Positions 20,647-29,417 of a stretch of 64,000 nucleotides of DNA are shown here, piece after piece. The notes beneath the pieces are model-generated. The model saw nothing but the letters and a program-made list of their open reading frames with translations, was not told the DNA's origin and did no database searches. Both the position numbers and the translations under genes were made by a program. This DNA comes from an uncultured Candidatus Saccharibacteria bacterium (GTDB lineage: Bacteria; Patescibacteriota; Minisyncoccia; Phycocordibacterales; GWA1-40-21). Each line of letters begins with the position of its first letter. Within the stretch, counting starts at the first letter, position 1. The DNA lies in the NCBI GenBank assembly GCA_964513515.1, contig CAZEMP010000001.1, positions 11,336 to 75,335 on the forward strand. Reading direction: 5' to 3'.

Positions 20647-21093
20647 CTACTTTTTTACACCAATATAGCGATAAAGATCGCTCCAGTAGCTTGAGACAAA
20701 TACGTCTAGACAGAGAGCACGTTTCTCTGCACTACCAGTTAGATAGGCAGCGGAGCACTCTTTGCTGTATCCGAGAGAAACAATCGGGAATTTCTTTTGT
20801 AGATTTGGCTTTTGGGTAGCCAGACTCAAAAGATCCCAGAATGAACCAGGCATGTACGCTACCTTATCCATTTGAGCCCGAACCTCATCTCGAAACATAT
20901 TTTTATCGAAGTGGAAAAGTGCGATTTCTTTCTTCACCACCTTCGCATTACTTGATCGGGGAAAGTTTTGTTGATCAATTTTGCTATCTATCCAATCAAA
21001 CCTCCCCAATCGCACAGCATCTTCCACTTCTATCGTCTCATCGACCAAAAGAGTGAAAGTTTCCATCGTATAGCCGATCACCCTGTCGGTCAT
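20647..21093 (-). CDS. hypothetical protein (G+C-richer island, gene 2)
   Basis: 148 aa; SD AACGAGGTGAAG upstream; candidate promoter TTGTGA-17-TATTAT; no recognisable family. Confidence 0.45.
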   Translation of the reverse strand: MTDRVIGYTMETFTLLVDETIEVEDAVRLGRFDWIDSKIDQQNFPRSSNAKVVKKEIALFHFDKNMFRDEVRAQMDKVAYMPGSFWDLLSLATQKPNLQKKFPIVSLGYSKECSAAYLTGSAEKRALCLDVFVSSYWSDLYRYIGVKK

Positions 21094-21181
21094 TTTAACT
21101 TCACCTCGTTACCAGAAATAACATTCGAAAAGAACAAGTCATGTGAATAATACACATTTTAAATGTACATCACAATACAAA

Positions 21182-21258
21182 ACGAATTTTCACTTCGTGA
21201 AAATTCGTCTTTTGTTTTTATATTTACTAAAACCTAGTACCTGCCTGCGCAGGCAGGC
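21182..21258. terminator. pyrG 3' terminator region: 12-bp perfect inverted repeat ACGAATTTTCAC/GTGAAAATTCGT plus palindrome CCTGCCTGCGCAGGCAGG
   Basis: Two strong hairpins between pyrG stop (21266) and island promoter. Confidence 0.5.
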
Positions 21259-21265
21259 CTAGAAG

Positions 21266-22918
21266 CTATAACCTATTTTTAATTGCTGCCTTTATGAATT
21301 CAGTAAATAGTGGATGAGGTGAAAGTGGTCTCGCTAAAAATTCTGGATGGAATTGTGTACCTAAGAAAAACGGATGTACTTTTCTAGGTAGCTCTGCTAT
21401 TTCCATAAGGATACCGCTGGGAGATTTGCCAGAAAACACTAACCCTGCATCTGTAAGCTGTTCTATGTATTCGGGATTTACTTCATATCTATGCCTATGT
21501 CTTTCTTGCACTATGTTTTTTCCATAAGCTTCTTCTGCGATCGTTCCTTTTTCTAAATGAGCGTCATATGCTCCAAGTCTCATACTTCCTCCATAATTAT
21601 GTTCTTCAAGCTTCTTTTTCTGATCTGGCATTATATCTATAACAAGATTTTTTGAATTAGGATTTATTTCTGCAGTTGTAGCATCTTTCAAACCTAAAAC
21701 ATTTCTTGCGTATTCAATGACCATAAGTTGCATACCATAGCAAAGCCCGAAATAAGGAATTTTATTTTTTCTCGCATACTCTATTACAGAAAGCTTCCCT
21801 TCTATACCTGTTTCTCCAAAACCTCCAGGAACGATGATGCCATCAAATTTGTTTAAAGCTTTGAAATCTGCCTTTTTGTCTCCTTCATAATCACGAGAGT
21901 TCACTATGTGTATGACAGCCTTTTTACCCATTTTATATGCAGAATATTTTATTGCTTCAAGTACAGAGATATATGCGTCAGTGAGAACAAAATCTCCGGT
22001 ATTAAAATATTTCCCTACAATAGCTATATCCAATGTATCTTTTACACTTTTTACTTTATTTGCAAAATCAATCCATTCTTGTATTCCAGTTTCATTTTTC
22101 TTTTTACGTAAATGCAGAAGCTTCATCAGAATGTGAGTGATATTATCTTTTTCAAAATTTAAAGGTACATCAAAAACACTTTCAATATCTGGTGCAGAGA
22201 TAACTTGTTCTACCGGCAAGCTACATGAAATAGCAATTTTCTCTTTTCTCCTATGATCCATTGGCACTTCGCTTCTTGCGATGATGATATCTGGATTGAT
22301 ACCGTAAGAGTTCAATTGTCTGATCGCATTTTGTGTTGGCTTAGATTTCATCTCGCCAAGTTTTGATGGTATAGGTAGATAGCTCACAATGACAAAAGCA
22401 ACATCATGAGGATGCATAACTTTCATAACACGAGCTGCCTCCATGAACATTATGTTTTGATAGTCGCCAACAGTTCCTCCTATTTCTACAACTGTAATGT
22501 CGGATTTGTTTACCTTTCCAGATTTGGTGAATCTATGCACTATTTCATCTCTAATCTGTGGTATTGCCTCTACACACTTTCCACCGTATTTAAGGGCTCT
22601 TTCAGCCTCTATAACGTGTTTATAGACCATTCCTGAAGTAATATAGTCATCTGCCGTGAGGCTTTTATTGAGGAATCTTTCATAGTTTCCCATATCCTGA
22701 TCTGTCTCAAGTCCAGAATCAAGAACAAAAACCTCGCCATGTTCTACAGGGTTCATTGTTCCAGCGTCTACATTTAAATACGGATCAACCTTAAGAAGAT
22801 TTACCTTAAAACCTTTTGATTGAAGAAGGGCTCCAATAGATGAAGTCGCTATACCTTTACCAACTCCAGACATAACACCTCCGATAACAAAAATATATTT
22901 ATGCGACTTACTTTTCAT
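21266..22918 (-). CDS. pyrG: CTP synthase
   Basis: 550 aa; N-terminal GGVMSGVGKGI, C-terminal glutamine amidotransferase (GLCYGMQ, HPEF). Confidence 0.9.
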   Translation of the reverse strand: MKSKSHKYIFVIGGVMSGVGKGIATSSIGALLQSKGFKVNLLKVDPYLNVDAGTMNPVEHGEVFVLDSGLETDQDMGNYERFLNKSLTADDYITSGMVYKHVIEAERALKYGGKCVEAIPQIRDEIVHRFTKSGKVNKSDITVVEIGGTVGDYQNIMFMEAARVMKVMHPHDVAFVIVSYLPIPSKLGEMKSKPTQNAIRQLNSYGINPDIIIARSEVPMDHRRKEKIAISCSLPVEQVISAPDIESVFDVPLNFEKDNITHILMKLLHLRKKKNETGIQEWIDFANKVKSVKDTLDIAIVGKYFNTGDFVLTDAYISVLEAIKYSAYKMGKKAVIHIVNSRDYEGDKKADFKALNKFDGIIVPGGFGETGIEGKLSVIEYARKNKIPYFGLCYGMQLMVIEYARNVLGLKDATTAEINPNSKNLVIDIMPDQKKKLEEHNYGGSMRLGAYDAHLEKGTIAEEAYGKNIVQERHRHRYEVNPEYIEQLTDAGLVFSGKSPSGILMEIAELPRKVHPFFLGTQFHPEFLARPLSPHPLFTEFIKAAIKNRL

Positions 22919-22947
22919 GTTTTGATTTTATCAAAAATTTTTTGCAT

Positions 22948-23016
22948 TGTCATTCCCGCGCATGCGGGAATCTAGGATTTAATTGAATCTGGATTCTCGC
23001 ATGCGCGGGAATGACG
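22948..23016. repeat. composite GC-rich palindromic element (two inverted TGTCATTCCCGCGCATGCGGGAATC hairpin units around an AT spacer)
   Basis: Each unit is itself a palindrome ATTCCC-N8-GGGAAT; second copy of the family at 24393-24466. Confidence 0.6.
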
Positions 23017-23033
23017 AGCGCGAAATAAAATTA

Positions 23034-23061
23034 AGAGTCGCGCCTAGGTGGCGCGACTTTT
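23034..23061 (-). terminator. rplU intrinsic terminator (GAGTCGCGCCTAGGTGGCGCGACTC)
   Basis: GC hairpin with T-run on minus strand immediately after rplU stop. Confidence 0.6.
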
Positions 23062-23064
23062 AAT

Positions 23065-23382
23065 TTACTTTATTGAATTTATTTTGACTTTAAAGAATGG
23101 CTGTCTGTGTCCGTTTTTCTTGAAGTATCTGCTTTTTTGTTTGTAATGTATCACAGTAACTGTTGGAAGCTTTCCTATTTCTTCTACTGTAGCTTCTACT
23201 TTTGCTCCTTTAATGAAAGGTGTACCAATAGTGGTATCTGTACCGTTATCCACCAAAAGAACCTCTTCAAAGGCTACTTTATCACCAATTTTGGCTGTAT
23301 CTGAAAGCTTTTCTATCTTTATAGAATCACCTTTTGAAACCTTGTATTGCTTACCACCTGTTTTGATTACTGCAAATTCCAT
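23065..23382 (-). CDS. rplU: 50S ribosomal protein L21
   Basis: MEFAVIKTGGKQYKVSKGD... canonical L21. Confidence 0.9.
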   Translation of the reverse strand: MEFAVIKTGGKQYKVSKGDSIKIEKLSDTAKIGDKVAFEEVLLVDNGTDTTIGTPFIKGAKVEATVEEIGKLPTVTVIHYKQKSRYFKKNGHRQPFFKVKINSIK

Positions 23383-23514
23383 AGGTCAATATACTACATG
23401 AAAATTAAAACTTTTGCAATACATAAAAAACAGCTAAATTTTTGTTTATTTAAACTAATCTGATATAATCAGAGAACTTTATTAATTAAAATCGTCTTAT
23501 AAAATTAAAAGATT

Positions 23515-24297
23515 ATGCAAGAAAAAAAGAACAATTTATCAATTCCTGTTGCCATTATAATCGCAGGTTTTTTGATAGCAGGAGGTATATATTTATCAAA
23601 CAAATCAGACACTCCAAGATCACAAGATAATCAGGCTGTCACAAACACTACAGACATAAACATTAAGCCAATTTCAAAAGACAATCACATTTTGGGTAAT
23701 CCGGATGCTCCTGTAGCACTTGTAGAATTTTCTGATACCGAATGTCCATTCTGTAAGATGTTCCACACTACAATGCAATCTCTTATGAATACTTATGGAA
23801 AGGATGGAAAAGTAGCTTGGGTATACAGACACTTCCCCCTAGACTCTATTCATCCAAAAGCAAGAAATGAAGCAGAAGCAACAGAATGTGTAAATGATCT
23901 TGGAGGTAACACAGCTTTCTGGAAAATGCTTGATACAATTTACGCAAATACCCCATCAAACAACGGACTTGATGCTGCCAAACTTCCAGAATTTGCAAAA
24001 TTAGCTGGTGTTGATGTTGCAAAATTTAACTCATGTTTGGAAAGTGGAAAGTTTGCATCTAAAGTAAATTCTGATTTTCAAGATGGAGTAGCGGCCGGTG
24101 CTCAAGGTACTCCATATAGTGTTCTTGTTTTAAAAAATACATTGTCATCTGGTGCAGAAAGCACATTACAAGAATATATACTAAAGAATGGATTGGCTCA
24201 GAACGTAATAATTTCATCATCTAAAAAGGAAGTTGTTTTGAGCGGAGCTTTGCCGGTGGATATGATAAAGACAATTCTAGATTCAATATTAAATTAA
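23515..24297 (+). CDS. DsbA-like thiol:disulfide oxidoreductase, membrane-anchored
   Basis: N-terminal TM helix; thioredoxin-fold CPFC active site (FSDTECPFCKMFH). Confidence 0.65.
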   Translation: MQEKKNNLSIPVAIIIAGFLIAGGIYLSNKSDTPRSQDNQAVTNTTDINIKPISKDNHILGNPDAPVALVEFSDTECPFCKMFHTTMQSLMNTYGKDGKVAWVYRHFPLDSIHPKARNEAEATECVNDLGGNTAFWKMLDTIYANTPSNNGLDAAKLPEFAKLAGVDVAKFNSCLESGKFASKVNSDFQDGVAAGAQGTPYSVLVLKNTLSSGAESTLQEYILKNGLAQNVIISSSKKEVVLSGALPVDMIKTILDSILN

Positions 24298-24307
24298 ATA
24301 TACCAAT

Positions 24308-24350
24308 ATACGAATGTAGCGAATGATACGAATGGCTACAAATAATTAAT
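24308..24350 (+). repeat. solo copy of GxxExxY-element terminal repeat (..GATACGAATGGCTACAAATAATTAAT)
   Basis: Near-exact match to reverse complement of 18666-18705 and to 18281-18305, without an adjacent gene. Confidence 0.55.
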
Positions 24351-24351
24351 A

Positions 24352-24388
24352 ACAAAGCAGTAGCAACCGAAGGTTGCTACTGCTTTGT
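24352..24388. terminator. hairpin ACAAAGCAGTAGCAACC-GAAG-GGTTGCTACTGCTTTGT
   Basis: 16-bp perfect stem between convergent genes. Confidence 0.55.
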
Positions 24389-24392
24389 AAAT

Positions 24393-24466
24393 TGTCATTC
24401 CCGCGCAGGCGGGAATCCAGAATTAATTTGATCAAACCTAGATTCCCGCCTACGCGGGAATGACAT
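24393..24466. repeat. composite GC-rich palindromic element, copy 2 (TTGTCATTCCCGCGCAGGCGGGAATCCAG ... GATTCCCGCCTACGCGGGAATGACA)
   Basis: Same architecture as 22948-23016; abuts stop codon of 24467-26038. Confidence 0.6.
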
Positions 24467-26038
24467 TCAATTTTTTTCTACAAGTTCTGTAAAGAATCTC
24501 CATATCTCATACATGACTTCGGTATCGTAACCACAATATTCAAGCATTTGTTTTTCCTTTTTCTTAGCGTCTTCGCCCTTAAGCTCACCACTTGTTATTT
24601 GTCTATATGCTTCTATGGCATCTGTTCCGTTTTGTACGCCAAGTTTTTTATATGAGAAATTTGGAGCAATGACGGGCTGTACTTTCTTGATAGATGAGCT
24701 TCCCTTAAATCCATGATGAACATAATATTGATTATTAACAATATCCATAAGGTCATATGTGCGGTCTATAACACTATTTAGGAAGTTAGCATATTGTGGT
24801 AATAAGCTTGCTAGCTCTTTGTTTCGAGAGTTTTCAAAGCTTTTATACCAAGAAATAATAGTCCCAGTATCTCCTATGTCTTTTCTTAATCCTTCCACTA
24901 TTCTTTCTGATGGATCTCCATCAAGTATCAAACACTCTTTATGTTCCACTTTTGCATCTTTACTTTTTAATATGTGTAGAGAGTATTGAAATACAATATG
25001 TTGGTATGGATGATAGCCATTAAAAGGAGGTATCGCTGTTGGGAATGTCTCGTAGTCTAGAAAATATAAAGGATATTTTAGAGAATCAAGCTCTGCTTTA
25101 ATAGCAGGAATATCAACTATTGGGATTTTAGTTTTATGCACTCGTATCTGATTGAGCTTCTTAGGCTTCCCCATTTCCCCACTTTTTGTTTTTTTAGGCT
25201 TTAGTCTATCGTCTTCGGGAACTTTGTCTATTTCAAGTATTCCTTCATTAAGTAATTCTCCTAAATATTTCTTGCTATTTCCTATTCTGTTTAAATCATG
25301 CACGCTATATGCAGGCACTTCAGGATTGCTAAGGCTAAAAGTAGTACAGTGTGAAGAACGTCCTTTAAAATAACAGACGCAATTCCCTGCAGGCTCTTCT
25401 GCCCTCGATAAATATTCATAGCTTCCGCCCATCTCGGTCAAAGTGACAGATGAGAATACTCCATCTACTATTTCTGTCTTATCTTCAATATCAAATAATT
25501 TTTTATAATCCAATTCACCTTGTCTGACATATTTATTATTGAGACGAACAAGATATTTTTTATTAAAATTTACACCACATAGTTTCGCCACATTGGTCTG
25601 GAATGATAAGTCGTATTCATATTGAAGCTCCTTCTTTTTGTCCACCTTACCTTCTTCTTCATTGCCGCCTTCTCCTTCCGTGGAAGACATTTTAATTTCA
25701 TAAAGATCATATGCTTTTGCTTCTTTATTCCAATGGATAACGTCTGTCGCCGCTAAATATTTGTCTGTACTAAAAACAGCCTGATAAATGACAGGAGTAT
25801 GCTCATCCATAAGCTTTTTGGTCAATTCCTGCGCCCCAGCACTTCTTTTTTCCACTAAATAGCCATTTGGCCAAAGTCCTCGAGCGAGTTCCTCAACTTC
25901 GTTTCCCATTACCCCAAGTGCCTTTTCAAATTCAGAAACTGGGAATTTCTTGTATTCTTCAGGCTTATGCCACTTTATCCAAACATTTTTTGCACATTCC
26001 TTATATAGGATAAAATCTGTTTTTGTGAGTAGTTTCAT
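24467..26038 (-). CDS. DUF2779-like protein (PD-(D/E)XK-type N-domain plus RNase H-like/exonuclease-like C-domain)
   Basis: N-terminal MKLLTKTDFILYKEC... start typical of DUF2779; C-terminal YFLDYETF...YCGYDTEVMYEI resembles DEDD-like fold. Confidence 0.45.
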   Translation of the reverse strand: MKLLTKTDFILYKECAKNVWIKWHKPEEYKKFPVSEFEKALGVMGNEVEELARGLWPNGYLVEKRSAGAQELTKKLMDEHTPVIYQAVFSTDKYLAATDVIHWNKEAKAYDLYEIKMSSTEGEGGNEEEGKVDKKKELQYEYDLSFQTNVAKLCGVNFNKKYLVRLNNKYVRQGELDYKKLFDIEDKTEIVDGVFSSVTLTEMGGSYEYLSRAEEPAGNCVCYFKGRSSHCTTFSLSNPEVPAYSVHDLNRIGNSKKYLGELLNEGILEIDKVPEDDRLKPKKTKSGEMGKPKKLNQIRVHKTKIPIVDIPAIKAELDSLKYPLYFLDYETFPTAIPPFNGYHPYQHIVFQYSLHILKSKDAKVEHKECLILDGDPSERIVEGLRKDIGDTGTIISWYKSFENSRNKELASLLPQYANFLNSVIDRTYDLMDIVNNQYYVHHGFKGSSSIKKVQPVIAPNFSYKKLGVQNGTDAIEAYRQITSGELKGEDAKKKEKQMLEYCGYDTEVMYEIWRFFTELVEKN

Positions 26039-26093
26039 ATAAATATATTAACACAATAAAAGCCAGTTTTTTAGTAAAACTGGCTTTTATTGT

Positions 26094-27293
26094 TTAGTAT
26101 GAATGTAATCTATTTATCTTCTCATGTTGTCTTATCTTTTCATGAGCTTTAGCTTCAATTTGTCTTATACGTTCTCTTGTAACGCCGAATTCAAGCCCTA
26201 CTTCTTCAAGGGTGTGAGTAATACCATCATTCAAGCCATGTCTCATTTCAAGAATTTTCTTTTCCTTGAGAGATAGATCGTTTAATATTTCTTTTACTTG
26301 GTCTGAAAGAATTCTTCTTGAGGATTCAAGATCCGGAGAAAGTATTTTGTCATCAGCCACGAAATCTCCAAGAGTAGACTTTCCATCATCTTCTTCTCCA
26401 ACCGGAGCTTCAAGAGAGATAGTATCTTGGTCTATCTTTTCTATCATATACACTTTCTCTACCTCAAGTCCCATTTCTGTTGCTATTTCTTCTGAAAGAG
26501 GTTCTCTTCCCAAATCTTGAGAAAGTCTTCTATAAACTTGCTTATACTTTGCGATTGTTTCCACCATGTGTACTGGGACACGAATAGTTCTAGACTGGTC
26601 TGCAAGAGCTCTTGTGATAGCTTGTCTTATCCACCACGTTGCGTATGTTGAGAACTTAAATCCTTTTGTCCAATCAAACTTATCTACAGCTTTAAACAAA
26701 CCAAGGTTTCCTTCTTGAATAAGGTCTAGAAGTGTAAGGTCTGCAGAGCGTCCTACATATTTCTTTGCGATAGAGACCACAAGCCTCAAGTTGGCCTTCG
26801 CAAGAAGGTTCTTTGCTTCCATATCACCTTGCTGAATCTTTCTTGCAAGATCTTTTTCCATTGAAGCGCTTATAAGTGGATATTGTCCTATTTCTTTCAA
26901 ATATATCTGAATTGAGTCGTATCCTGCGTCAGCACTTCTAGTGCCATAAGTAGCATATTTCTTTATTTGCTCCTCATCTACTTCAAGCATTCCACCTCCT
27001 TCAAGTACATCAATACCAGCTACAACGAGCTTATTGTAAAGTTCATCAAGGAAAATAATATCCCCCTCTATCTTTGGAAATTCTTTCAAAATCTCATCAT
27101 AAGTGATAAAGCCCCTTTCTCTTCCTTTGGAGATAAGTTTATCAGCTCTTGAATTTAAATCACCTTGTTTTTTGGTAACCTTTTTCTCCTTAATTACTTT
27201 TACCTTTGGAGCTGGCTTTGCCTTAACTTTTGATTTTTTGACAATTTTCTTGCTTTTAATTTTCTTTTTTGAATTCTTTTTTGTTTTTGACAT
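26094..27293 (-). CDS. rpoD: RNA polymerase sigma factor RpoD (sigma-70)
   Basis: Regions 2-4 conserved ([32 protein letters not shown], helix-turn-helix near C-terminus). ORF track extends to 27422 but that N-terminus would translate a repeat element; ATG at 27293 (MSKTKK...) preferred. Confidence 0.8.
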   Translation of the reverse strand: MSKTKKNSKKKIKSKKIVKKSKVKAKPAPKVKVIKEKKVTKKQGDLNSRADKLISKGRERGFITYDEILKEFPKIEGDIIFLDELYNKLVVAGIDVLEGGGMLEVDEEQIKKYATYGTRSADAGYDSIQIYLKEIGQYPLISASMEKDLARKIQQGDMEAKNLLAKANLRLVVSIAKKYVGRSADLTLLDLIQEGNLGLFKAVDKFDWTKGFKFSTYATWWIRQAITRALADQSRTIRVPVHMVETIAKYKQVYRRLSQDLGREPLSEEIATEMGLEVEKVYMIEKIDQDTISLEAPVGEEDDGKSTLGDFVADDKILSPDLESSRRILSDQVKEILNDLSLKEKKILEMRHGLNDGITHTLEEVGLEFGVTRERIRQIEAKAHEKIRQHEKINRLHSY

Positions 27294-27330
27294 GTTGTAT
27301 AAACTTTTTAAGTTATTAATATTTATTTTA

Positions 27331-27407
27331 CTGTCTTTGCGAGCGAAGCGTGGCAATCCAGACAATGTTTTGTAAACCTGGTTTGCTTCGCTTTGCTCGC
27401 AAAGACG
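27331..27407. repeat. inverted pair of ~32-bp repeat (CTGTCTTTGCGAGCGAAGCGTGGCAATCCAGACA / CCTGGTTTGCTTCGCTTTGCTCGCAAAGACG)
   Basis: Third repeat family; single-arm copy at 40060-40094. Confidence 0.5.
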
Positions 27408-27445
27408 AATCGATCTTCTCACACGTATATTAATTCCCTATGCTT

Positions 27446-29191
27446 TTATTGTGGTTTCTTGTAAAAATGATTTTTCTCGTTTTTAATCTCACTCAGTTTC
27501 TGCATTATTTCTTTCAGTCTTATTGATATAGAATTTATCAGTTCAGTAGTTTTTTCTTTTTCCGCCAATTTCAGATTTGTTAATAGCTTTCCGAGTTCAT
27601 TTTTATAATACTCCTCACGCAGATTTAGTATCAGATATTCCGTTTCTTTTTCTAGCTTCTCACCAACTATTTTTTCATAATATTCTTCTGCTTCAAAAGC
27701 AAGTTCGTTTATATTGTCTTTATATTCTTTCTCAAACTTCACATATCTTTCTTCGCCGATTATATCTTTTATTTTATCTTTAGTTTTTGTAGTATCTACT
27801 TTTTCCTTTTCACACTTCGCCAATATTGTAGCTAAACTCCTTTCTATAGATCCTCGCTTTAATTCTTCCTTACTAATCCCCCTCTCAATCGTCTCATTAT
27901 CTTCTTTTATATTTTTCGGCTGAAACTCTTCATCCAACTTCACCTTCTTAAGATCGTCCCAGATAAAGTCCTCTTTTATGTCTATTAGTTCTGATATTTT
28001 TTTTACATAACGACTTCTCTCCGTATTTCCATCAAGTAAGTATACATATGGAAGTACCCTAGTCTTTATTGCTTGCCAGAGTTTTTTCTTATCTTTTATT
28101 TCCATTTCAGCCCTGTTAAGCAGGAAATCTATAAGAAATGTTGAATTTTTAATCACATCTTTAAACTTGTCTTTATCAGAAAGTATGAGATCTGCAGGAT
28201 CAAGTCCTTTTGGTATTTCAGCTATTTTTACATCCATACCATTTGAAAGTGCGAGTGCCCATGCTCTTTCAGCTGCTTTCACCCCAGCAGTATCAGAATC
28301 AAAAGACATTATTATTTTATTGGAAATTCTTTTTAGTAATCCCAAATGCTCTGGAGTCAAAGCTGTTCCAGAAGATGCCACAGCATTTGTAAAACCAGCC
28401 TGATGTGCCATAAGAAGATCCATTTGACCTTCGACAAGTATTGAAAAATCAAACTTTCTTATAGACTGTTTTGCACGATCAAATCCATAAAGAACTTTTG
28501 ATTTATCAAATAGCTCTGTTTGAGGTGAGTTGAGATATTTTGCAGATTTCCCGTCATCGTGAAGTATTCTTCCAGAAAAAGCTATAACGCGCCCTGCTGG
28601 ATCAAAAATTGGAAACATAATTCTCCCTCTGAACCTGTCATAGGTATTTTTTCCCTCTGTTTTTGAAATACCAGCCCTTTCTATCTCCTCATCCGTATAA
28701 CCTTTTGATTTTAAATGATCTGATATGGTCCTCCATTCATCTCGTACATATCCTATTCTCCAATTTTTAATTGTTTCATTATTGAGCCCTCTCTTTTTTA
28801 GATAACTTAGTGGGATTTCTTCAGATTGTAAATTTCTTTCTAGGAAAAGTACTGTTGTCTCCATGAGTTGATACAATCTTTCTTTTTTATCACTAGTATT
28901 TTTTGTGAATTTTTCGAGTGTGATACCAGCTCTGTCAGCAAGAATTTTTAATGCACCCAAAAAATCTATCCCTTCAAATTCTTGTACAAATGTGAAAATA
29001 TCGCCTTTTGCACCACATCCAAAGCAGTAGTAGCCACCTCTATCTGGAGATATAAAGAAAGACGGCGTTTTTTCATTGTGAAAAGGACACCTTGCTTTCA
29101 AGTTATTACCAGCTTTTTCTAGCTTAATGTAAGAGCCGATAACATCCTGTATATTTAATCTTTCTTTTATTTGTTCTACAGAAGATGCCAT
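27446..29191 (-). CDS. dnaG: DNA primase
   Basis: Zn-ribbon CPFHNEKTPSF...CFGCG, Toprim core (EGQMDLL). Confidence 0.85.
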   Translation of the reverse strand: MASSVEQIKERLNIQDVIGSYIKLEKAGNNLKARCPFHNEKTPSFFISPDRGGYYCFGCGAKGDIFTFVQEFEGIDFLGALKILADRAGITLEKFTKNTSDKKERLYQLMETTVLFLERNLQSEEIPLSYLKKRGLNNETIKNWRIGYVRDEWRTISDHLKSKGYTDEEIERAGISKTEGKNTYDRFRGRIMFPIFDPAGRVIAFSGRILHDDGKSAKYLNSPQTELFDKSKVLYGFDRAKQSIRKFDFSILVEGQMDLLMAHQAGFTNAVASSGTALTPEHLGLLKRISNKIIMSFDSDTAGVKAAERAWALALSNGMDVKIAEIPKGLDPADLILSDKDKFKDVIKNSTFLIDFLLNRAEMEIKDKKKLWQAIKTRVLPYVYLLDGNTERSRYVKKISELIDIKEDFIWDDLKKVKLDEEFQPKNIKEDNETIERGISKEELKRGSIERSLATILAKCEKEKVDTTKTKDKIKDIIGEERYVKFEKEYKDNINELAFEAEEYYEKIVGEKLEKETEYLILNLREEYYKNELGKLLTNLKLAEKEKTTELINSISIRLKEIMQKLSEIKNEKNHFYKKPQ

Positions 29192-29417
29192 AAATTAATG
29201 AATGAAATGAATATAATTTATGAGCACCCAGTGACTTTTTTCATTTTGTCTAGCAGTGTTCATAAAAAAATTTTATTAACAATAATTTCAATACTAAACT
29301 TTATCTATTCTTCTAAAAATGTCGGGGGCGACATTTACTATGCGTAATTCCAAGGACTCACCTTTTCCCGTCGCTAAGCTCCTCCTCAAGGAGAGACCTT
29401 TGAATTACTGAAATAAT

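Noticed and set aside
22948-24466. Neisseria contamination suggested by the dRS3-like ATTCCC-N8-GGGAAT repeats
   Set aside because: The repeats are embedded seamlessly between AT-rich CPR-like genes, at gene boundaries, with no Neisseria-like coding sequence around them. I treat them as native or convergent palindromic repeats unless read-level evidence says otherwise.
26094-27422. Longer RpoD start at 27422
   Set aside because: The extra N-terminal residues translate a repeat element that also occurs at 40060-40094, so the downstream ATG at 27293 is preferred. The longer start is not fully excluded.
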